A DNA stretch of 64,000 nucleotides from Hyphomicrobiales bacterium (GTDB taxonomy: Bacteria > Pseudomonadota > Alphaproteobacteria > Rhizobiales > TMED25), in contig CBDBEU010000003.1 in NCBI GenBank assembly GCA_965204565.1, forward strand, positions 693,424 through 757,423. Direction: 5' to 3'. Of this stretch, positions 1 through 9,769 are shown one piece after another. The notes under the pieces are model-generated. The model was not told the origin of the DNA. It worked only from the letters and a program-made list of their open reading frames with translations, and made no database searches. Numbering within the stretch: the first letter of the stretch is position 1; every line of letters starts with the position of its first letter. Position numbers and translations under genes: made by a program.

Positions 1-1559
1 CGTCGATGCGCATTGTTGCCGACATCATGGCGTACATCGCGCGAAATATGCCGAGATTCAATTCCATTTCGGTGTCTGGCTATCACATGCAGGAAGCCGG
101 TGCGACAGCGGATCTGGAGCTTGGCTACACGCTGGCCGACGGGCTTGAATATGCACGCGCGGGGCTTGGCGCCGGTCTCGATGTCGACAGTTTCGCACCG
201 CGTATATCGTTCTTTTTCGGCATCGGCATGAACTACTTCATGGAGATCGCAAAACTCCGTGCCGCCCGTCTTTTATGGGCGAACCTGATGGCCCGGTTCG
301 ACCCCAAGGACCAGCGTTCACTCGCGCTCAGAACCCATTGCCAGACCTCTGGCTGGAGTCTCACCGCTCAGGATGTCACCAACAATGTGGTGCGCACCAC
401 GCTCGAAGCGCTTGCGGCAGTGGGCGGCGGCACTCAGTCTCTTCATACCAATTCGCTGGATGAGGCTCTGGCACTACCGAGCGAAAATGCAGCACGCATT
501 GCCCGCAATACCCAACTGGTGATCCGCGATGAAACCGGCTCATGCCGCAGCGTCGATCCCTGGGGGGGCAGTTACTATGTCGAAAGTCTGACAAACGAAC
601 TCGCGATCCGTGCGCAGCAGCATATTGACGAGATTGAGGAGCTTGGAGGCATGGCGCGGGCAATTGCCTCGGGTATGCCGAAATTGCGCATTGAGGAAGC
701 TGCGGCGCGTACCCAGGCGCGTATTGATGCAGGTGAACAGAGTGTTGTCGGTGTGAATCGCTATCGCAGCCCCGAGCGCGAGCGCGTGGACGTTCTCAAA
801 GTCGACAATCACGCGGCTCTTCAGGCTCAATGCGCGCGGCTTGTGCAGTTGCGCAAAATGCGCGACCAGACAGCATGCCAAGCAGCACTTTCTGCACTCA
901 CTCAAGTGGCGAAGTCAGGTGAGGGCAATCTTCTGGCAGCCGCCGTCGATGCAGCGCGCGCCATGGCCAGTGTCGGCGAAATGAGCGATGCCATGGAGAG
1001 CGTCTTCGGCCGCCATCAGGCTGAAGTCAGTGCTGTCAGCGGCGTTTATGTGAGAGAAACAGGCAGGAGCGGCACGATGCACGAAAAAATCGCGGATGTG
1101 CGACGTCTGACCGATGAATTTGCCCGCAATGCAGGCCGGCGCCCGCGCATTCTGGTCGCCAAAGTGGGACAGGATGGCCATGATCGCGGCCAGAAGGTGA
1201 TCGCATCGGCCTTTGCCGATGTGGGTTTTGATGTCGATATCGGACCGCTGTTCCAGACACCGGACGAGGCGGCACGTCAGGCGATCGAAAACGATGTCCA
1301 CATCGTCGGAGTATCATCACTGGCGGCAGGACACCTGACGCTGGTGCCGCAACTTCGCAAAGCGCTCGACGATGCCGGCCGTGCACACATCATGATCGTG
1401 GTTGGCGGTGTCATTCCGGACCAGGACCACGGAGCTTTGAAGGCGTCGGGCGCAGTGGCAATTTTCGGGCCAGGCACCGTGATCGCCGCAGCCGCCGAAG
1501 CACTTGTCCACAAACTGAACCAAAAACTCGGCTATCACGCTGGCGAAGCGGCGCAGTAG
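1..1559 (+). CDS. scpA: methylmalonyl-CoA mutase, 5' end outside the window
   Basis: Mutase motifs [39 protein letters not shown]; B12-binding GQDGHDRG and SSLAAGH; meaB downstream. Confidence 0.97.
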   Translation, partial: SMRIVADIMAYIARNMPRFNSISVSGYHMQEAGATADLELGYTLADGLEYARAGLGAGLDVDSFAPRISFFFGIGMNYFMEIAKLRAARLLWANLMARFDPKDQRSLALRTHCQTSGWSLTAQDVTNNVVRTTLEALAAVGGGTQSLHTNSLDEALALPSENAARIARNTQLVIRDETGSCRSVDPWGGSYYVESLTNELAIRAQQHIDEIEELGGMARAIASGMPKLRIEEAAARTQARIDAGEQSVVGVNRYRSPERERVDVLKVDNHAALQAQCARLVQLRKMRDQTACQAALSALTQVAKSGEGNLLAAAVDAARAMASVGEMSDAMESVFGRHQAEVSAVSGVYVRETGRSGTMHEKIADVRRLTDEFARNAGRRPRILVAKVGQDGHDRGQKVIASAFADVGFDVDIGPLFQTPDEAARQAIENDVHIVGVSSLAAGHLTLVPQLRKALDDAGRAHIMIVVGGVIPDQDHGALKASGAVAIFGPGTVIAAAAEALVHKLNQKLGYHAGEAAQ

Positions 1560-1615
1560 GCCCGGTGCCAGCGCGCAAGGGCGGCACCAAAGGCTTGAGA
1601 ATCGGGAACCAGGTG

Positions 1616-2380
1616 ATGCAGCAATTGATGAACCGGGTGGCTGGTGTTTTGTTGGCAATCGCGGTGAGCAGCACTTCGGCACCTGCCACAGGTGGCGGGT
1701 TGTTCATCGAGGAGACCAATCCAAAGATTGATATACGCATTGCGATCGACCCAAAGGCTTCATCAAACCCGGGCTTGCTTGAAATTCTGCGCGAGGATGC
1801 CTCTGCCCTTGCTGCCAAGCAGCGGCAATTGGCGACGGAAGAACATGCCGAACGCGGCGGTGAGCCGTCCTGGAACCCGCATCATTTGGACGCGGCTTAC
1901 GAAGTCACCTTCTTCAACGGCAAGATCGCGAGTGTGGTGTCAAAACGCGACACCTATACCGGCGGCGCACACGGCAATCAGGATTTTGTGACCATGCTGC
2001 TCGATCTTGAAGACGGCCGGCGCATCAATCCCGACGGTCTATTTGTCGATTTCAGCGTTGGTTCGCAGGCCTTCGAGGCCATTCAGGCCTATGTGCGTGA
2101 CAGCATTTCGTTTGAACGCGCCTCGCGTCTGGGGCTGCCCGAAATTCCGCCTGAAGATCTTGACTGGATTTTGGAAGGCACGGCGACGCCTGAGCAGTTG
2201 CTGCGATTTACGCTCATGGACTATGACGAAGCGCAAGAAGTCTCCGACATATTGATGTATTTTCCACCCTATAAAGTCGGTTCATACGCAGAAGGCAGTT
2301 ACATGCTCGATGTTCCAGCGCTGGTGTTCGCCGACTATCTGGCGCCCGAATTCCGCCCCTTATTCAACGACGGCCAGTGA
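1616..2380 (+). CDS. secreted DUF3298/DUF4163 (RsiV/PdaC-like) protein
   Basis: Signal-peptide-like N-terminus; YTGGAHGN motif; C-terminal FPPYKVGSYAEG. Confidence 0.75.
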   Translation: MQQLMNRVAGVLLAIAVSSTSAPATGGGLFIEETNPKIDIRIAIDPKASSNPGLLEILREDASALAAKQRQLATEEHAERGGEPSWNPHHLDAAYEVTFFNGKIASVVSKRDTYTGGAHGNQDFVTMLLDLEDGRRINPDGLFVDFSVGSQAFEAIQAYVRDSISFERASRLGLPEIPPEDLDWILEGTATPEQLLRFTLMDYDEAQEVSDILMYFPPYKVGSYAEGSYMLDVPALVFADYLAPEFRPLFNDGQ

Positions 2381-3369
2381 CCGAAAATCAATCGGCAATT
2401 GAAGACCTAGCTCGCGCGGTACTGGATGGAGAACGCGCAGCAACCGCACAGGCCATCACGCTTGTGGAATCGACAACGCCCGGCAATCGAGCGCAAGCCG
2501 CCGATCTCCTGCAACATCTCCTGCCGGCAACCGGCAAAGCGGTGCGCTTGGGTATCACCGGTGCGCCTGGTGTCGGCAAATCGACGATGATCGACCAGCT
2601 GGGCCTCAATTTGATCAGGCAAGGCAAGGGCGTTGCGGTTTTGACCATCGACCCGTCGTCGACGGTGAGTGGCGGTTCAATCCTTGCCGACAAAACGCGC
2701 ATGGGCAGGCTTTCGGCATCAGAGCATGCGTTTATCCGCCCCTCCCCATCGGCGGGGACGCTTGGAGGAAGCACGCGGCGCACGCGCGAATCCATGCTGG
2801 TCTGCGAAGCTGCCCGCTTTGACGTGGTGATTGTGGAGACTGTGGGCATCGGCCAATCTGAGGCCGCAGTCGCCGATATTGTCGATTTCGTCGCGGCGCT
2901 GGTGCAGCCAAGCGGTGGCGATGAATTGCAAGGGCTTAAAAAGGGCGTTCTTGAAGTGGCCGACATGATTGCGGTGACCAAGGCGGACGGCGAAAACACC
3001 GCTGCTGCAATGCGCACTGCCGGCGATTATCGTGCGGCGCTCAATATCGTCATGAGCAGCAATGCCGAATGGCGCCCGCCGGTGGTCCAGATATCTGCAT
3101 TGAGCAATGATGGGCTGGGGGAATTCTGGGAAACCGTGGTACGCCACCGCGCCATGCTGCAGACATCGGGCGCGCTGGCGACAAAACGGTACGAACAGGA
3201 TGTGCGACGGTTTCGGCTATTGATCGAGGAAGAGATCCTCGCCCGATATCGCGAAAACATCGAAAATGCCGCTCAACTCGCCGCACTTGAGGACCGGGTT
3301 CGTTCGGGCGATCTCACGCCCGGGCTGGCGCTCGATCTGGCCCTTCCGAACGACAATCGGGCATCATAG
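2377..3369 (+). CDS. meaB: methylmalonyl-CoA mutase-associated GTPase
   Basis: GITGAPGVGKST P-loop, DPSSTVSGGSILADKTRM, VETVGIGQSE, GGDELQGLKKG, TKAD. Confidence 0.96.
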   Translation: MTENQSAIEDLARAVLDGERAATAQAITLVESTTPGNRAQAADLLQHLLPATGKAVRLGITGAPGVGKSTMIDQLGLNLIRQGKGVAVLTIDPSSTVSGGSILADKTRMGRLSASEHAFIRPSPSAGTLGGSTRRTRESMLVCEAARFDVVIVETVGIGQSEAAVADIVDFVAALVQPSGGDELQGLKKGVLEVADMIAVTKADGENTAAAMRTAGDYRAALNIVMSSNAEWRPPVVQISALSNDGLGEFWETVVRHRAMLQTSGALATKRYEQDVRRFRLLIEEEILARYRENIENAAQLAALEDRVRSGDLTPGLALDLALPNDNRAS

Positions 3370-3533
3370 CAGCCAACCCGCAAGCGGTACAGCGGCGGTG
3401 CGGCATAATCCGTTCATGCGCGGTTTATGTGCGTTGTAGTCATATTAATATTCGCCGCTTTCAGACTGGAGCCGCATCATGGCCGATAGCGTAAATTTCA
3501 TGCGTCTTTTTACCGCCTCACTCATCTTTCTAG

Positions 3534-4533
3534 TTGTTCAGTCCCGGCTTCTTGCAGATCGGATTGCCATTGAATTTATCTGGCTCTGAAGTCCGGATTT
3601 TGCAGATGTATTCGTAAGGCGTCAGGCCGTTGAGGGTCTTTAGCCCTCGGGCGAAATTGCAGGCTGCCATGAAGTCTGCCGGATGTGTGCGCAGCTGATC
3701 ATGATTGTCGTCGTGATAGCGTTTGACGGTGGCGTCTTTGATCGTCCGGTTCATGCGCTCGACCTGGCCGTTGGTCCATGGAGGGTTGGGCCTGGTCAGC
3801 CGGTGTTCAATCCCGTTGGCGTGGCAGATCATGTCAAAGCCATGGGCCGGGAATAGATCCTGTTTCGGTTCCGTGGCTGCGCGGCGAACCGGATGCCATT
3901 ACCGGTCAGGATCGTGTGGATGTGATACAGGACGGCTTCGAGCAGATGTTCAAGGAACTCCCGGGCTGTCTTGCGGTTGGGCCTTGTCTACGAGCTGAGT
4001 GACCGCAAATTTGCCGGTCCGATCAATGGATACGAACAGCTACAGCCTGCCCTCGGCGGTCTGGATCTCGGCGATGTCCATGTGGAAGCCCCCGATTGGA
4101 TAGCTCTTGAAACGCTGCCGCTTTGGTGTGTCCCCTTCGACGTCAGGCAAACGCGATATGCCATGCCGTTGCAGGCACCGATGCAGGGCCGACCGTGTCA
4201 GGCGCGGGATTGACGGCTGAAGGGCATGGAGGCAGTCATCCAGCGGAAGCAACCTGTGCCGCCGGAAGGCAACGATCATCGCCTCCTCGGCTTCACTGAG
4301 AACGGTTGAGCGCGGTTTCTTTGGGCCTGTCTTGCGATCCTCAATCGTCTGCCGTTTCCGCCACCTGGCAATCATCTTGGGGTTGACACCCGGTTTCCCG
4401 CTCAGTTCCGCGATCGCTGTATTGCTGCTCTGACAGCGCGCGTGGTCGTGGCGCTCGCGTGACGAACCTGTCCCATAATTCTTCCTTCCATTCCAACGAA
4501 AGCATCACACCATTAAACCGCAGGATCAAACAA
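3534..4533 (-). mobile_element. IS481-family element with frameshifted transposase (ATG 4476 to stop 3530)
   Basis: MGQVRHASATTT start, FHMDIAE, PWTNGQVERMNRTIK; ends TTGTT..AACAA flanked by CTAG at 3530-3533 and 4534-4537. Confidence 0.92.
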
Positions 4534-4537
4534 CTAG

Positions 4538-4800
4538 TACACATTCGAGAACATTCGCGCTGATGCTCTGGGCAGCGAAGAGGTAATCCTGTTCGGGCCG
4601 GCAACGCTTGGGCGCACGCGCGACCGCGGCCCCATTCCGGTGAAGATCGAAACCATGGGGCTGACATGTACCGACGAGGAACTCGATCGCATCTTCGATC
4701 GTGTGGTCAAGATCGTGGGCGAGCGCCGCGCGGCCACTGAAGCAGAAGTCGAGGCGATCATTCGTGAGGAAATCCGTGCGGCTGCACGAGACCGCTCCGC
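4538..4800 (+). pseudogene. C-terminal remnant of a LeuA/homocitrate-synthase-like gene
   Basis: KIETMGLTCTDEELDRIFDRVVKIVGERRAATEAEVEAIIREE resembles the post-catalytic helices of that family; no 5' part. Confidence 0.45.
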
Positions 4801-4816
4801 GTTTGGAGGTGTGCCT

Positions 4817-5672
4817 ATGCATCTGAGCGTGAGCGAAGCGCGATCGCCGTCGATGGGCGTTCTCAACCGTCACGGCTACGGGCAGGGCGATGCAGAGTTG
4901 ATCGCGGACGTTTTGGTCGAGGCGCATCTGTGGGGCCGGCCCAATAGCGGTCTCAATCATCTGCCCCATGTGGTGGAAAGCGGCGAGAGGCGGTCGGTCA
5001 GCATCATTCGTGAAAACCGCCGCTCAGTGCTTTTCGATGGCGGCACCAATCCGGGTTTCTGGTGTCGTCGCGGGCGATGCTGATGGCGATCGACAAGGCA
5101 AAGACCAATGGAATTGCGGTCGCAGCGGCACAGAACGCCTTTCTCGGCGGGATTAACGGCTATTACGTTTCAATGGCGGCGCGTCAGGATCTGATCGGAG
5201 TGATGGCGACCTCGAGTGGACGCAGGGTGGCGCCGGCGAGGGCATCGATCCCCTGTTCGGCAATCCGATCGCGAGCGCCATTCCAACGCTTGACGATCCG
5301 ATCGTGCTCGACATGTCGACCTCTGCGATCAATGCAAGTGGATTGCAGCGCGCGGCAAGGCTCGGTGAGGAAATCGGTCCGGGAATTGCTATTGGTCCGG
5401 ATGGGGAACCGACCACCGATCCGGCGCGCGGGCTTGAAGGCGCGATTTCGGTTATTTCTTCCTGGCGTTCGATACCGCGATTTTCATGGAAATCGAGGAC
5501 TACAAGAAGCGCGCCAGCGAACTTGTGCAGCATGGTTCATGCGGTGCGCCCGGCCGCCGGCGTCGAAGCGGTGCGGGTGCCGGGCGAGCGCAGTCTTTCT
5601 GAGCAAAAGCACTATCTCGAATCGGGCATTGAACTTGACGATCCGCTGTATGAAGAGCTGTGCCGGCTGTGA
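4817..5672 (+). pseudogene. Ldh_2 (malate/L-lactate dehydrogenase-like) oxidoreductase, frameshifted with internal deletion
   Basis: GGAGGT RBS; IADVLVEAHLWG, AIDKAKTNGIAV, VLDMSTS, DGEPTTDP, VRVPGER spread over several frames. Confidence 0.85.
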
Positions 5673-5806
5673 CGGCCGGCATCGTTTGGCTGATAGGGCG
5701 CCGGCGCAAATTCAGTAAAGACTATGTCATGATCTTGTGTGCCGGGCCAGAATGGGGTCTGGCTTTGTGCGATTTCACTCAATTGAAATGAACGATGGAG
5801 AGCGCC

Positions 5807-6277
5807 ATGGGCACAACATTGCAGGAGGGCCAACCGGCTCCGGATTTTCAGCTTCCAACCGACGGCGGCGGTAGCGTCAGACTTTCGGATTTGCGCGGAG
5901 CAACGGCGGTGGTCTATTTCTATCCAAAGGACGACACACCGGGTTGCACCATCGAGGCGAATGATTTCACGCGCCTCAAGCCGGACTTCGATGCGATTGG
6001 CGCACGTATTGTCGGCATCTCCGCCGACTCGGTTTCAGACCACGATCAGTTCAAGGAAAAATATTCCCTCAACGTGATGCTGGCGGCTGACGAGAAGCGC
6101 GAAGCCATCGATTCCTACGGCGTATGGTTTGAAAAGAACCGGGATGGCCGCACCTTCACGGGCATTGAGAGGGCCACATTCCTGGTCGATGCCGAGGGGC
6201 AACTTGCGCGGATCTGGCGCAGTATCGATGCGCGTGGCCATGCCGAAGAGGTGCTCGAGGCGGCAAAAACCCTCTGA
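5807..6277 (+). CDS. bcp: peroxiredoxin, BCP/PrxQ family
   Basis: VYFYPKDDTPGCTIEA, GIERATFLVD. Confidence 0.93.
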   Translation: MGTTLQEGQPAPDFQLPTDGGGSVRLSDLRGATAVVYFYPKDDTPGCTIEANDFTRLKPDFDAIGARIVGISADSVSDHDQFKEKYSLNVMLAADEKREAIDSYGVWFEKNRDGRTFTGIERATFLVDAEGQLARIWRSIDARGHAEEVLEAAKTL

Positions 6278-6308
6278 TTGCCGAGCGCGATATCGCGAAT
6301 GTCCTGAG

Positions 6309-7077
6309 ATGGTGAACCTCCTGAACATATTGCGGCGGTGGCGAAAAAGCGCCGCTGCCTTGCAAGTCGCGCTGCCTGCCGGAATCGTGGTGCATGCGGT
6401 GGGTGATATTGACGGGCGTTCTGATCTGCTTGATGAGGTGTTTTCGCGCATCGACCGGGATCGCGCAGATTTTCCGGGCCACAAGGCGATTGAGATCTAT
6501 CTCGGCGACTTCGTTGATCGCGGTCCGGACAGCAGTGGTGTGGTCGATAGGCTGATCGCCCGCTCGCGCGACCGCGAGGTGGAGTTATTGCGCGGCAACC
6601 ATGGTGCGTTGTTTGATGAGATGCTTGGAGATGCCAAACGTCTTGAGCACTGGGCGCAGCTCGGCGGTGTGCAGACCATGCTTTCCTACGGGATCAAGCT
6701 GCGCGCCAATCTCACGCCGCAGGGCCTTGAGCGAATGCATCGTGAGTGGTGCGCCGCGGTGCCGCAGAGCCACCGCGCGTTTTTTCCGGGCTGAGAAACA
6801 GTCTCACTATTGGCGATTATTTTTCGTTCACGCAGGCATCACTCTTGATCGCCAGAGTGCGGACGATCTGTTGTGGATTCGCGAAGAGTTTCACCGCTCC
6901 AAAGCTGATCACGGCAAAATGGTGGTGCATGCGCACTCGCCGGTCGATGCGCCGGAGTTTCACAGCGATCGCATCAATATTGATACCAAAGCCTATGCCA
7001 GTGGAGCTCTAACCTGCCTTCGTCTGGAGGGAAGCGCGCGCGATTGTCGGCTGAACGGACGCGTCAGCCCTGATTGA
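6309..7077 (+). pseudogene. metallophosphoesterase (Ser/Thr phosphatase-like), frameshifted near 6780-6830
   Basis: GDIDG (normally GDIHG), GDFVDRG, LRGNH, then FVHAGI, LLWIREEF, RINIDT in another frame. Confidence 0.85.
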
Positions 7078-7705
7078 CCGGCATGTCGGGATAATCACGG
7101 GTTGGCGGTTCGGGGGGCGGCGCCCAATTGGGCCTTGAATGGCAGCGCTCGAGCCAAGCCTTGATTCCCGGATATGGATCGAGCGGCAGTTTTGCTTCAT
7201 GGGAATGAAAGACATACGGATAGCAGGCAATATCGGCGATGGTGATGTGGTCGAGTGCCAGCCAGTCATGATCTTTCAGCCGTGATTCCAGCGCGCCCAG
7301 CGCCAGCTTGCCGATTGCTTGCAGCTGTTCGAGATTACCGGCTATCCAGCGGTCACGCATGACACCGCGGCGGGTATATTGGAGGCCGAACTGGATTTCC
7401 GACGCCGAGAGCAACACCCATTGCACGACTTCCGCCATGTCGCCGGCCTCGGTCGGCAGCCAGTCGTCGCGTTCAAACTTGCGCGCGATATAGACCAGCG
7501 CGGCACCTGAATCCCAGAAGCACCGGCCTTGGTCCTCAAGCACCGGCACCTGACCGCGCGGATTGAAATTGGCGATGAAGTGCTCGGACTTGTGCTCCCA
7601 TTTCAGGAGATCGACCGGCACCTTTTCGTAAATCTCGCCGAGCTGGCCGAGCAGGATCCTGATCTTCCAGCTATTGCCCGATTCAGCGCCGCTATAAAGT
7701 TTCAT
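7064..7705 (-). CDS. glutathione S-transferase family protein
   Basis: MKLYSGAESGNSWK, NPRGQVPVL, DSGAALVY, TIADIACYPY. Confidence 0.92.
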   Translation of the reverse strand: MKLYSGAESGNSWKIRILLGQLGEIYEKVPVDLLKWEHKSEHFIANFNPRGQVPVLEDQGRCFWDSGAALVYIARKFERDDWLPTEAGDMAEVVQWVLLSASEIQFGLQYTRRGVMRDRWIAGNLEQLQAIGKLALGALESRLKDHDWLALDHITIADIACYPYVFHSHEAKLPLDPYPGIKAWLERCHSRPNWAPPPEPPTRDYPDMPVNQG

Positions 7706-7727
7706 TGCCCCTCCGATGGTGATGCGG

Positions 7728-8681
7728 TCACGTGAGGATGGCGCGTACGTTCTCAACAATGTTGGTGCGGTCGGGGAACACGTGGTTCTCAAGTGTCGGG
7801 GCGTAGGGAATCGGGGTTTCGAGCGCGCATATGCGTTTGAGCGGCGCCTTGAGGGCAGCAAAACTTTCAGGGTCCTCAGTCACCAGAGCCGCAATCTCCG
7901 AGGCGGCGCTGGCGGTAGGCGTTGCCTCGTCGGCAATGATCAGCCGGCCGGTCTTGCGCACCGAGGCACGGATGGTCTCAGCATCCATGGGCACAAGGGT
8001 GCGTGGATCGACGACTTCGACGGAAATTCCTTCCGCAGCCAGGGTTTCGGCCGCGGCCAGCGCTTCATGGACCATCCAGGCGATGGCGACGATGGTGATA
8101 TCAGAGCCTTCGCGCTTGATGTCGGCCTTGCCGACGGGAATGGTTTCATCCTCATCGGGCACCTCGCCCTTGAGGGCGAGAAGCCGGCCGGCTTCGAACG
8201 AAATCACCGGATTGTCGTCGCGGATCGAGGTCTTGAGCAGGCCTTTGAGGTCGCGCGGGGTGGAGGGCAGGATGATTTTCAGGCCCGCCAGATTCATGAA
8301 CATCGAATAGGGGCTTTGGGAGTGCTGGGCGGCGCGGTTGCCGCCACCGCCCACCAGCGCGCGGAACAGGATCGGGAATTTTGCCTGGCCGCCAAACATG
8401 TAATGGATCTTGGAGGCCTGGTTGACGATCTGGTCCATGGCGACAAAGCAGAAAGTGACGATCTGCCAGTTGACGATCGGTCTGAGGCCGGAACCGGCGG
8501 CGCCTATCGCCATGCCGGTAAGCGCACCTTCGGCAATCGGGCATGCGCGCACGCGGGTAGAGCCGAATTCCTCGACCAACGGTGGCGGCGCGTCGGTCGC
8601 CAGGTGAAAGGTTGCCGGATCGCGGCGCATTTCCTCCGCGATAGCCTCCGCGCCCGCCTGGGCATAGGTGATTTCACGCAT
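7728..8681 (-). CDS. TPP-dependent dehydrogenase E1 beta subunit (acetoin/pyruvate dehydrogenase-like)
   Basis: PIAEG, AMDQIVNQASK, AAQHSQS, VEVVDPRTLVPMD; overlaps the E1 alpha stop. Confidence 0.92.
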   Translation of the reverse strand: MREITYAQAGAEAIAEEMRRDPATFHLATDAPPPLVEEFGSTRVRACPIAEGALTGMAIGAAGSGLRPIVNWQIVTFCFVAMDQIVNQASKIHYMFGGQAKFPILFRALVGGGGNRAAQHSQSPYSMFMNLAGLKIILPSTPRDLKGLLKTSIRDDNPVISFEAGRLLALKGEVPDEDETIPVGKADIKREGSDITIVAIAWMVHEALAAAETLAAEGISVEVVDPRTLVPMDAETIRASVRKTGRLIIADEATPTASAASEIAALVTEDPESFAALKAPLKRICALETPIPYAPTLENHVFPDRTNIVENVRAILT

Positions 8682-9669
8682 TGGCGGGGACCTCCTCGTC
8701 AGCGAAGACGTCCTCAAGGGCTGCTTCGGGCTGAGGGAACGGACTTGCCTTGGCAAAGCTCACCGATGCCTCGATCACATCCAGAATTTCGCTGTCCATG
8801 GCTTGCCATTCCTCCTCAGAGAGCTGGCCCTGCTGGTTTTGCAGATCCGCTTTGAGTCGCAGGATCGGGTCGGCCTTCTTCCATTGTTCAATCTCGTCTT
8901 CCAGCCGCCGGTCGGGTGTTTCGGGCCGTTCGGTGTGTTTGCGCCAGCGGTATGACTTACATTCAATCAGGCTGGGACCGTCGCCGGCTCTGGCGCGGGC
9001 AATCGCTTCAAGGGCTGCCTCGTGGACCGCGACCACGTCGTTGCCGTCAACCACCACCCCCGGAATGCCATAACCTGCGGCGCGGGCGGCAACATCGGGC
9101 AGCGCCAGGGTTTGCGCGGATGGCGTTTGTGCCGCCCAGAGATTGTTCTCACACACATAAATCATCGGCAGTTTCCAAGCGGCTGCGATATTGAGCGTTT
9201 CATGGAACGGTCCGGCATTGGACGCGCCATCGCCAAAGAACGACACCGCGACGCGGTCGGTGCCCTCAATCTGGGCGGCAAGTCCGGCGCCGGTGACGAT
9301 CGGGATGCCGCTGGCGACAATGCCATTGGCGCCCAGCATGCCGATGTCGAAATCGGCGATATGCATGGAGCCGCCCTTGCCCTTGCAATAGCCGGTCTCG
9401 CGCCCGTAGAGCTCGGCCATCATGCGATTGAGACTGGCGCCCTTGGCGATGCAATGACCATGGCCACGATGGGTGGAGATTATCTGATCGTCACGGCGCA
9501 GTGCCGAACACACGCCGACCGCGATGGCTTCCTCGCCAATGTAGCAATGAACGACGCCGTAAATGCCGCCGGCGTGAAAATCGTCCGAGGCGCGTTCTTC
9601 AAAGCGGCGAATGGTCTGCATCTGGCGCAGCATGTCGCGTTGCATCTCGGGCGAAACGGGCATGGGCAT
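8674..9669 (-). CDS. TPP-dependent dehydrogenase E1 alpha subunit
   Basis: HCYIGEEA, STHRGHGH, GKGGSMH, GDGA..ENN TPP motif; GAGGA RBS. Confidence 0.94.
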   Translation of the reverse strand: MPMPVSPEMQRDMLRQMQTIRRFEERASDDFHAGGIYGVVHCYIGEEAIAVGVCSALRRDDQIISTHRGHGHCIAKGASLNRMMAELYGRETGYCKGKGGSMHIADFDIGMLGANGIVASGIPIVTGAGLAAQIEGTDRVAVSFFGDGASNAGPFHETLNIAAAWKLPMIYVCENNLWAAQTPSAQTLALPDVAARAAGYGIPGVVVDGNDVVAVHEAALEAIARARAGDGPSLIECKSYRWRKHTERPETPDRRLEDEIEQWKKADPILRLKADLQNQQGQLSEEEWQAMDSEILDVIEASVSFAKASPFPQPEAALEDVFADEEVPANA

Positions 9670-9769
9670 GGATCCTCGTTGACTGCGTTTACATTCAGGT
9701 GGGAGCGCACCGGAAGACCGTGAAAATAAGTCTAGCGCCGGGCGGAAGTGCTCGGCAGGGCGGCCTGAT

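Noticed and set aside
7716-8855. 379-aa plus-strand ORF
   Set aside because: Antisense shadow of E1beta in GC-rich DNA; the same applies to 59742-60668 and similar ORFs
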